Shown: one piece after another, positions 40,801-52,800 of the stretch | Position numbering within the stretch: position 1 is the stretch's first letter | Layout: each line of letters opens with the position of its first letter | From: Tubiluchus corallicola | Lineage: Eukaryota; Animalia; Priapulida | Direction of reading: 5' to 3' | Length of the DNA: 64,000 bases | Assembly: GCA_030141605.1 (NCBI GenBank) | Contig: JAQGDQ010000866.1 | Location: 22,700-86,699, forward strand | Translations under genes and position numbers: made by a program | Notes under the pieces: generated by a model | What the model was told of the DNA's origin: nothing | The model's input: only the letters and a program-made list of their open reading frames with translations | Databases searched by the model: none

Positions 40801-43800
40801 TTTCAACTGTTATTGCGAGATTTTCTACTATCAGTAAAAAGTTTAAATAGCTGTTTGTTTTCTTTTCAGGAAATGTATATTTGTTGATGCAATGAAATAC
40901 ATAGCATTAAATCAACTTGCTATCAAGGCTGCATTAATTGTGATACTCACCATATTAGCTGTACAAACTTTAGTAAGTGGCTTTTTAACGTTATTTTAAC
41001 TTCAGAAAAGTGGACAGTACTTTGCATATAAAGACTTTTTTCTTTTATTAGTATCATCACTTACTCATAGTACAATAAGTAAGACAAATACGAGTAATGG
41101 AACAGGGTTAGTTCTTCAAGTTAACACCAGAACTCAATGCCGGCTCTATCTCTAGGCAAACTAGGCACTTGCTTTCCTTATGTACACAATACTAATTAAT
41201 TGAAAGGACACTTTTCTTGTCGAAATGTGTACTTCATAGATGGCAGCATATGTCTTACCGTAGCAAAACACTTTGCCTATTTCTGGTTTTCATAGATGGC
41301 AGCACATGTCTTACCGTAGCAAAACACTTTGCCTTTTTCTGGTTTTCAGAGATTACGTCATTTCGCACAGGCATTACTTAATGATATTAAAGACTCATTG
41401 CTCTGCTTTCGGCTCCAGTTTCTATTATGAGTTTTAAAAAAACAAATTTTACAATAGTAGTTATCTAACTTTGGTCTGATATATCTAACTCATATAAACC
41501 GAATAGAGGAAATGAAAGGTAAAAAAGCTGGTGAGTCATACAGAATGCAGTGGTGTCATAAATTCAATTTCAAATTCGATCAGCACAAGTTATAGAAGGT
41601 AATTAACTCGGGGATGAGAATTTTCCTCGGAATTCCGAGTTTTTGGAAGACCAGTAGTGCCATTTTTGTAAATCGCATAAATTCGTTGAGAAAATTTTAC
41701 GGATACAGTACATTATTTCACAAGCTGACCGCTTGTTGGCAGGCCGTCACTTTGTTTACATCACGTACATCAGTGTAACCACGTGTAGATCTCTATGTAT
41801 AAAAATATAGAATCAATTGTGCAGAGTTATTTGAGGCAATTGCAGACAGTTTTTATACACTTTTGCATAGGAGCGGCCAGTACTTAGGCGTTTTTGAGAC
41901 AATCAGGTATCATGTATCCTTGATAGTTGGGTATTTTAAATTATGCACGAAACAAGGTAACTGATATTTTAAGTCTACTGAGAGGCTCTCTATGGTCACA
42001 AAATTGCAATTTGTTACTGGCTCCAAGGGGGCTTTGCCTCTTAACCCCATTGGGGGGCTTAGGCGGCCCCAAAACCCCCGGCCTGTTTCAGAGTTTTTTG
42101 CAATTTGTTGTTCTCATCTCTGAATTAACTACACTTAGTCAGTGCACTATATACATGTATAAGCCTAACACACAGGTACCATCACACTTTGTTATAATAT
42201 TATACGAGAAAAATTTAACATTGAGGGTGTGGTTCGGACTGTGGGGGGAAGGGGTTGACCATTGAGGAGGGGGGTGCTAAAAATACTTTTTGCCTAGAAC
42301 GTGAAACTACCTAGAGCTGCCCCTGACAGAACTGCAGTGCCGCTCTGTCGATGTGAAGAAATTTCACTGGATTAACAGAATTCAAACACCCAGAAACTTT
42401 CTTTCATATTGTTTGCACACAAGTGTTAACACAGTCGAATGTGCACTGCCCCTTACCATTCGAGCATTCCCTAAATCTGCTTGACAACTTTGGCTACTTA
42501 GCCACATTAGTAAGATTCATAATCATTATATGTGCTTGATGCAGTTTTGAATTGTGTTTAATTCATTATGCAATAATTTATATCTATGAAGGGAATTAAT
42601 ATGGTGTTTTATGATTTTATTAATTTCAATTCTAAAATCGTTTTGTAACTCGAAGTTTGTTTTGTTTTGTAGGTTTTATCATTTTTCTATCGACACATAT
42701 TGTCTATAGGGCTTGTTTGTATTGGACTGTGGCCATTGGTCTCTTATTCTCAAGAACAATATCTGGTAATTTTTCATAATTTAAAGGAAACCGGCTGATT
42801 GATTAGACTCAATCTGATTTTAATTTTAATTTACTGTCCGGAAAATACATTTTGTTGCCTATAAAAGTTTGCATTTGTTTGTAATATTTAAATAATTACC
42901 TTGGAAAGTTAATTAATGGCAACCGAACACAGCTATTGCTTACATCACAAACTAACCACAGTTTGTGCAATGATAGATATCTTCCCTGAGCGTCAAGCAG
43001 GTTTGCATAAGTGAAGGTTTCTATAAGATGCTGAAATGATGTCACAAAAATGAGCTCTACGTTACACTGACATCACAGACGAACACTGCAGTTCCTGATC
43101 ATGCTTATCACTGTACTGCACCTATTTATCGGTCACACAAATTTGACAAAAAGGCACCATTGCCAGTCTTAGTAGATTTGCTAAAATTTGAAATTTTAAC
43201 CAAATTTAAGTATCCAAGGTAATTATTATTCAATCCCTAAGTTTGATTTCAAAAAAACCTGTTCTAGTTTTGAATATTTTTAGAGAGCATACTTCATTTT
43301 GAATTAATGTCTACTCGATCATCCGGTTTTCCTCTAAACACTTCATAATTTAAAAAGAAATACCAGAAGTCATTATGAAATTTGTATTTATATAATTGTA
43401 TTTGTATTTGTATTTATTTCTTCAACACAAAAATACAATTACAGTGTAAATATAAATTAACAGACTGTTGAATTGAATACGCGGAATTCCGAGTTTTTGG
43501 AAGACCAGTAGTATCATTTTTGTAAATCGCATAAATTCGTTGAGAAAATTTTTACAGACCCGGTACATTGTTTCACAAGCTGACCGCTAGTTGGCAGGCC
43601 GTCACTTTGTTTACATCACGTACATCAGTGTAACCACGTGTATATCTCTATGTATAAAAATATAGAATCAATTGTGTAGAGTTATTTGAGTCAATTACAG
43701 ACAGTTTTTATATACTTTTGCATAGGAGCGGCCAGTACTTAGGCGTTTTTGAGACAATTAGGTATCATGTATCCTTGATAGTTGGGTATTTTAAATTATG

Positions 43801-46800
43801 CATGAAACAAGGTAACTGATATTTTAATTCCACTTAGAGGCTCTCTATGGTCACAAAATTGCAATTTGTTGCTGGCTCCAAGGCGGCTTTGCCCCCCTTG
43901 AACCCCCATGGGAGGCCTACACTGCCCCTAAACCCCCAGCCCGTTTCAGAGTTTTTTCCAATTTGTCATTCTCATCCCTGCCTGATACGTCTGAAATGGT
44001 TTGATATGTCGTATTGCTGATTGTTCTGGTTTATTTTGTAGAAGATCGTGTTGGGTTGGACTGTGTCTTGTCTAGTCACTGCAGTATTTCCATTGCTGCC
44101 TGTCGTAGGAAGAGATTCTAACTTTGTTTTCGTGTAAGTGTTTCACGTGTTTTAACACCAGTGTCAGTTTAACACTGTTATCTAAGTATGTAATTTATTT
44201 TACAACGGTGCATGGCCTGTCTGTACTGATGTTGAGACGAATTATTTATGGAGTTTACATGAAGCCGTGCAGATTGAATCCGTATGCAAAAGCTCTATCG
44301 TTTGCTATTGTGAGAAAATATGTATCACCTAATTAACAATGAGTCAACTTCGGAACAGGCTAACCCTATTGCGCAAGGTGTCAAACAAATTAGCTTAACA
44401 CTACTTTAGGCAATCAGAATATTCATTATGGTAAATTCGCACTAATAATTTTGCTCCATGTTACTCAAAATGCTGCAAAACTGCCAAAACACTTTAAATC
44501 ACCATGTTATTGGTTTCCATGGTTATGAGCTGAATGTATGTCCGGCACACATGTGACACAGATAGTTTTTGATCTATTATTTAATTATCAGAAATGCTTT
44601 TGCAGTATTAATTGTGTTAAAATGTATACTTACTATCCTTACTATACTTACTATGTATACGGACTTGAAAATAGGGTAGGATATCAAAAATCATCCTGTT
44701 TTTCTTTAATGTTTTCTGTAAGATGCTACAGAAATGTCTTAATTCATTCAACATTTATATATAAAGCTTGATGTTGTTCTTTAATATAATTTTGTTCTTT
44801 TTAGAGTTCTTACAGGAGTAATCTCTGTTATCCTGACTGCATACGTTACAACTAGGTAAACCATTTCTCTTATATGGTATATAATGTCTGATTTATAAAC
44901 AAATAAGAAATAGCCCAGTCTGTTAAGGCCAAATTTTGATGAAACGGGGCTGACTGGATACAGCTGCCGAACTTTCAGGAATGATTCTTTAGGTCAGTGT
45001 AACAGAGTTTTGGACATTTTTATAAGATTTTGCATTCTGTCCCGCTGTCCCCCCGGACAATAAAGGGTCAAGAAAGGGTCCTGAATTTTGAAGGCTTCAC
45101 AGATAGATGCTTGACCATCTTTTGGAGACGAATAGGAGCTTATATGTGGGTTTTCATTTGGTGGTATGATTAGTAGTGACCTTGGAACACGCGGAAACAC
45201 TTTGTGTATGCATTTGGGTGCTGGTTTGTTTTTTTTCTAAACAAATGAAAACACTTTGTGCATGCATTTGGGTGCTGGTTTGTTTTTTTTCTAAACAAAA
45301 TGAAAACACTTTGTGTATGCATTTGGGTGCTGGTTTGTTTTTTTTCTAAACAAATGAAAACACTTTGTGCATGCATTTGGGTGCTGGTTTGTTTTTTTTC
45401 TAAACAAAATGAAAACACTTTGTGTATGCATTTGGGTGCTGGTTTGTTTTTTTTCTAAACAAAATGAAAAAACTTTGTGTATGCATTTGGGTGCTGGTTT
45501 GTTTTTTTCTAAACAAATGAAAACACTTTGTGTATGCATTTGGGTGCTGGTTTGTTTTTTTTCTAAACAAAATGAAAAAACTTTGTGTATGCATTTGGGT
45601 GCTGGTTTGTTTTTTTCTAAACAAATGAAAACACTTTGTGCATGCATTTGGGTGCTGGTTTGTTTTTTTTCTAAACAAAATGAAAAAACTTTGTGTATGC
45701 ATTTGGGTGCTGGTTTGTTTTTTTTCTAAACAAAATGAAAAAACTTTGTGTATGCATTTGGGTGCTGGTTTGTTTTTTTTCTAAACAAAATGAAGAAACT
45801 TTGTGTATGCATTTGGGTGCTGGTTTGTTTTTTTTCTAAACAAAATGAAGAAACTTTGTGTATGCATTTGGGTGCTGGTTTGTTTTTTTCTAAACAAAAT
45901 GAAAAAACTTTGTGTATGCATTTGGGTGCTGGTTTGTTTTTTTCTAAACAAATGAAAACACTTTGTGTATGCATTTGGGTGCTGGTTTGTTTTTTTTCTA
46001 AACAAAATGAAAAAACTTTGTGTATGCATTTGGGTGCTGGTTGGGTTGGTTTTTTCTAAACAAAATGAAAAAACTTTGTGTATGCATTTGGGTGCTGGTT
46101 TGTTTTTTTTCTAAACAAAATGAAGAAACTTTGTGTATGCATTTGGGTGCTGGTTTGTTTTTTTTCTAAACAAAATGAAGAAACTTTGTGTATGCATTTG
46201 GGTGCTGGTTTGTTTTTTTCTAAACAAAATGAAAAAACTTTGTGTATGCATTTGGGTGCTGGTTGGTTTTTTTCTAAACAAAATGAAAAAACTTTGTGTA
46301 TGCATTTGGGTGCTGGTTGGTTTTTTTCTAAACAAAATGAAAAAACTTTGTGTATGCATTTGGGTGCTGGTTTGTTTTTTTCTAAACAAAATGAAAAAAC
46401 TTTGTGTATGCATTTGGGTGCTGGTTGGTTTTTTCTAAACAAAATGAAAAAACTTTGTGTATGCATTTGGGTGCTGGTTGGTTTTTTCTAAACAAATGAA
46501 AAAACTTTGTGTATGCATTTGGGTGCTGGTTTGTTTTTTGGCTGAATTTCATTTTCTTAACCTCCAAGTTGCATTAGTGAAATTGTCTTTAAAACTGTTT
46601 CAGGGTCACGGCATCGGTCATTACTGGAAATGAGCGAAGGAAGGTGCTAGTTCTCAATGTAATCCAGGTAATAAAATGTGATCACATGAGTAATAGCTTA
46701 TTAATACAGATGTAACAGATGCAAGAAATTTTCTTCGATGGAGGAATGAAGCCTTTCCACAGTTTCATTGTATGCATGAGCAGTTGCTATAGGTCAGAGG

Positions 46801-49800
46801 TTAAGTTTAATGCAATGCAACTTAACTGCAACCGTCACATGACGTGTGTAAAGCAAAACCATCAGCGGCAACAGTTCAGTAACTTCAGTTGTTTTATGTG
46901 GACTTTGCTTAATTATGCATTTGTCTGTGCATAGAGTGATTTTTATTTTTTTATGAATGTTGTTTTATGTACTAATAGGTGTGTATAAACTAAACTAAAC
47001 CAAAACTATAACAAAGTCTGTCGTTTTTACAAACTTTCTTATCCGTACATTTTATCCAGAAAAGTAACTTTATTGGGAAGCATTATATTTTAATTTATAA
47101 TTATAATAAATGTGAGAATGTTGAATTTAGGCATTGCTTATTGTGGTTGCAACAATTGTTGTTTGGTCAACATCACGAAGTTTGAAAAATAAACAAGGAT
47201 TACCGCCTATCAACAGCATCATTAGTTGGTCAATTTTAGGTGAGTTTCGCAATGATATTGTGTTAATCATGTATTATATGTTTGCAAATGTTCTTTTCAA
47301 GTTTCTTACATGTTTTTCATTAAAGGAAAGAACAAGTCACTCAGTATGTTATGTTTATTTTACTGTTATCACTTAAACTTAAAAACTTATAACAAAGAAA
47401 TTTGCAAAGAACTGCCTATAAAGCATAAATTTAAAACATACTAGTTCTGAATAGAAATTCTCAGATGTGGTGGTTGCCGCCATTCACTTGAAAATTATGA
47501 CGTAACTGGGAGACTTCGTGAATTTTCATAAGCGCGTCGAGACTTTCCGTAAGCGCTCGCTGGTTAAATTAATTCAAACTTCTGTAGCTTGCCTAATGTT
47601 TATACAAAAATGGTACGAAATCAGCTATCTGATGCTTTTATAAAAATTTATTACACTTTTGACAAAAATTGACAGTGCGCTACTTTTCTTCAAGACGAAT
47701 GACGTCATTGGAAGAAGAATGGGTATTGGAAATTTGAGCGTCCTAGCCTGAAGTGATCGTAACTTTAAACTGACTTTACTATAGTTACGTGAGGCGCTTA
47801 TTGCAGTTTCATTACTAAATCCTAATATTTTTCGCGAACATTGAAATAAGCCTAACCTCCTAGAAGCGTTGACTTTTCCTTTAACGTTTTTTTCATATCA
47901 CTTCGCTGTTTGTTTTCATTTTGTAGGTAGTTCAGTCTTATTTCCTTTCTTAAGTTCTACAAAGGTTGTGCTAAGATTATTCACGGTTTTATTGTCACTG
48001 CTCATGGTTTACATACTTCTCAGTACCAGGTATGTTGATGTTTTGCAGTTTTTTTTATGTCATTTTCACAATTTCTGTCAACATTTAATGTTCATGTGTC
48101 ACAATTCACGGTCATGGGTCACAGGTCATGGTTCACGGGTCATGGTTTACGGGTCATGGTTCACGGATCATGGTTTACGGTCATGGTTCACATGTCACGA
48201 TCACGGGTCATGGTTCACGGTTCACAGGTCATGATTCACGCAACATGGTTCACAGGTAATGGTTCACGGGTCATGGTTCACAGGCCATGGTTCACGGGTC
48301 ACGATCACGGGTCATGGTTCACGTGTCATGTTTTACGGGTCATTGTTCACGGGTCATGGTTCACAGTTCACAGGTCATGTTTCACGGGTCATGGTTCACG
48401 GGTCATGGTTCATGGGTCATGGTTCACAGGTCACAATTCATTGGTCGTGGTTCACGGGTCATGGGTCACAGGTCATGATTCACATGTCACAATTCACGGG
48501 TCATGATTCACATGTCATGATCACGGGTCATGGTTCACAGGTCATGATTCACGGGTCATAGTTCATGGGTCATGGTTCACAGGTCATGGTTCAGGTCATA
48601 GTTCATAAGTCATGGTTCACGGGTCACAATTCATGGGTTGTGGTTGACGGGTCGTGGTTCACGGGTCATGATTCACAGTCATGGTTCACATGTCACGATC
48701 ACGGGTCATGGTTCACGGGTCAAGTGTCAAGGTTTGTTTGACTCACAAGTTATGTTTTGTATGTGGCTAACCTTAATCCTAATCCTAATCTGCTTCACAA
48801 ACTAATTTCTTGTATGTGGGAATTGTAAACTTTAGCCAAAAATGATAGTTTTACCATATTTGTTATTGATAGATGCATTTTTTAGTTATGAAGGACTATT
48901 CTGCTTATCCTTGTGCTGTCTGCTCTGCTGCTGGCTACTCATAGAGCATCGCATCAGCGACACACGTTTTACTCAAGTAAGAAACTTATTCCAATTGTAT
49001 CTTGTATTCCATTGAATTTTTGAATTTTTTATATTTTATTCTTGAATTAGGTTAAAACAAAACCGGACCCAATCTTAAACAATAGGTCACAATAATCTAC
49101 TCTTCAGAATATTGAAGGGGAACGTAGTATTTTTTCAAAAATGACCTACGTGAAAGAATTATTACCACACAGATAGCAGATAGCTAAGTGTTTGAAAATA
49201 AAGTTAATAGAATTGAACTACTTTGCACATTAAGAGAAGGCTTTTTAGTTTACATATATAAACTGGTTGTTATTTGTATAGTATACCACTGATGATGACA
49301 GCTGATTGCTGTTGAAACTTTTGACGTGTTTTTTAAACTGTTGTAAATTAAGGTTTTTAACAAAAATTGTGTCGTTTTAATAATAATATTCTTTGAAGTG
49401 CCTGTGTAAATTGACTTAGTAGTTTTTTTTTGTTTTCAGTTGACAAGTGTTGATTTTAAACCGAAGAAAAGATACACAATGGAAAACTTGAACAGGTATT
49501 TATGCCTGTCTGATGTGAGATGCAGCTGTTTTTATCTTTTCTTCATCACTCTTGCTTTCTTTGGTACAGGAAACATTGCTAGCCTAAACAGGTAAGCTAC
49601 AATAATGTCTAATAGCACTTATAATCGATAATGCGTGAACATCCTACATAGTGTTGACTTATAATGCACGGCCAGCAGCAGCTTTTACTGACGTAAAATT
49701 AACAGTCAGAGTACAATGGATGACGTCAGAACAATGGCTTCGCGTTAGCAGTTTTATAAGCGGTAATCTTCCGAAATGGAACCTCCAATCAACTCATCGC

Positions 49801-52800
49801 CACTCTTCTTGATGGAGGAGACTCGAAAAAACCGTACATCCAAAGAGCTATATATCCACTTCCAGGAGTCCCACCAGGCGCAACTAGAATGTTTTTTCTA
49901 CAAGCTGTTCACTCAAAATTTTGGAAAAATCTGGAATTGAGTCCGGGAAAACACCCATTATGGGATGCCGTCGCCGAGTACGGGAAAACACGCATTACGG
50001 GACGCCGTCGCCGAGTACGGGAAAACACCCGTTACGGGATGCCGTCGCCGAGTACGGGAAAACACCCATTATGCGACGCCGTTGCCGAGTACGGGAAAAC
50101 ACCCGTTACGGGATGCCGTCGCCGAGTATGGGAAAACGCCCATTACGGGATGCCGTCGCCGAGTACGGGAAAACGCCCATTACGCGACGCCGTTGCCGAG
50201 TACGGGAAAACACCCGTTACGGGATGCCGTCGCCGAGTATGGGAAAACGCCCATTACGCGACGCCGTTGCCGAGTACGGGAAAACACCCGTTACGGGATG
50301 CCGTCGCCGAGTACGGGAAAACACGCATTACGGGACGCCATCACCGAGTACGGGAAAACACCCGTTACGGGATGCCGTCGCCGAGTACGGGAAAACACGC
50401 ATTACGGGACGCCGTCGCCGAGTACGGGAAAACACCCGTTACGGGATGCCGTCGCCGAGTACGGGAAAACACCCATTACGCGACGCCGTTGCCGAGTACG
50501 GGAAAACACCCGTTACGGGATGCCGTCGCCGAGTATGGGAAAACACCCATTACGGGACGCCGTTGCCCTCATGTAGAAGCTAGATATGGTTCTGAAATCT
50601 TCTAGTTATTCACATATCCTGAATCACCATTTCATGAGGATCATTTTGATACCAAGTTCATCACTCTAAGTTATTTCTAAGTTGAGATAATCCACATTGA
50701 AGTTGAGGTGCAGGCTGTGCACTGAAAAACATAATCTTGAGAAAATCGCTGTTAGCCATTGTTTTTTGTCGCGTCTCTACAAAACACTTAACATTACAAG
50801 AACACATTGCAGTTATGTTTAAATCCAGTAGATGGCTCTTTCTGACGAATATCTGGCTTGGCAGCAGAAAAACCGAAGCAAAATAACTACTTCCAGTAAC
50901 TACTATCAGAGTTTGAAAATACAATTTTTTTATAATACCATGACTAGTTTCTAGCCAGAAAAGTGGTTAGGGGGTTAGATTTTTAACATGTTTTAAACAT
51001 TTTCTTGATAATTTGATGCCAAAATACAAAAGTCCAATTATTTAGTCAACATTTGACCCAATTTTTGGTGTATTCTACTTTGAAGCGTCATAACGTAATT
51101 TTCAGTATGCCAACTTATGGACGGTTGAAAGATTATAGATTATAACCTATTATAACCTATTATAGATTAGTCAAGAGAAACTATTTGTATCATAAGAGTA
51201 TATTCATACTTTGTCTGTACATCAATTTATCGTTTAAGATCGTGATTCCTATTCATAATGTACTGTGTATTTATTTACAGTTTTGATCCTGCATCTGTTT
51301 ATGTGATTCCTATTCATAATGTACTGTGTATTTATTTACAGTTTTGATCCTGCATCTGTTTACTGTTTTCTTACCGTCTTCAGTCCATTCACAATGGGAG
51401 CTTTGATGATGCTGAAGGTATGTAAAACTGACATATTGGTTAATGCTACTTTGGACACTGACATATTGGTTAATGCTACTTTGGACATCATTATTTTATT
51501 TCCTCTGGTGTCAATGTTCTTTGTGAAGTTTAATTTTCCCAGCAGTGACACTCATAATGGTGTGTAAATAGTTAGTTTAGAATTCTGCCTGCCCAATGTC
51601 CACAATACACAACAGCCTGCCCAATGTCCACAACACACATAACAACCTCCCCAATGTCCACAACAGACATAACAGCCCACCCCCCAATGTCCACAACAGA
51701 TGTAAACAGGTTGCCCAATGTCCACAACAGATGTAAACAGGCTGCCCAATGTCCACAACACACATAACAGCCTGCCCAATGTCCACAATACACATAACAG
51801 CCTTCTCAATGTCCACAACAGATGTAAACAGGCTGCCCAATGTCCACAACACACATAACAGGCTGCCCAATGTCCACAACAGACGTAACAGCCTGCCCAA
51901 TGTCCACAACAGATGTAAACAGGCTGCCCAATGTCCACAACAGATGTAAATGGGCTGCCCAATGTCCACAATATGCATAACAGCCTCCCCAATGTCCACA
52001 ACACACATAACAGCCTGCCCAATGTCCACAACACACATAACAGCCTGCCCAATGTCCACAACAGATGTAAACAGGCTGCCCAATGTCCACAACAGATGTA
52101 ACGGGCTGCCCAATGTCCACAACACACATAACAGCCTGCCCAATGTCCACAACACACATAACAGCCTGCCCAATGTCCACAACAGATGCAAACAGGCTGC
52201 CCAATGTCCACAACAGATGTAACGGGCTGCCCAATGTCCACAACAGACATAACAGCCTGCCCAATGTCCACAACAGATGTAAACAGGCTGCCCAATGTCC
52301 ACAACAGATGTAACGGGCTGCCCAATGTCCACAACAGACATAACAGCCTCCCCAAGGTCCACAACAGATGTAACGGACATAATCACGATGATATTCTGAC
52401 CGAAGTTTTTAATGTCTCGTTGAGGACTAGTATATTTGTTCATAAGTTGAGTACTAGTATATTTGTTCATAATTTGATAATTTGCTATACCACTTCACTA
52501 ACAATACCGTTTGTATTTTTATACTTGTGACAAAGAACATTGTATAATAAATATTTTGTAGTTTAAATTTGAGTTTATTTAGGTTGTAATACCATTCATA
52601 ATGGTGAGCTGTGTATTTCATGCCATCCATGTCACAACTAAAGTACCAACAACTAGTCTCTTCTTATTGGTTCTCATTATGTCAGACTTCATGGGATTGG
52701 TGAGTTTATAGTAAAGTAATGTCTCTTCTTATTGGTTCTCATTATATCAGACTTCATGGGATTGGTGAGTCTATAGTAAAGTAATGTCTCTTCTTATTGG

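Noticed and set aside
49889-50605. GC-rich 37-bp repeats with an internal palindrome resembling a CRISPR array, and three overlapping ORFs
   Set aside because: Units are contiguous with no unique spacers, there are no cas genes, and the context is a eukaryotic intron; the ORFs are repeat artefacts.
51552-52530. Repeats with a constant core and a variable part (CRISPR-like), with ORFs up to 297 aa
   Set aside because: The variable part alternates between two or three related sequences, so it is a minisatellite.
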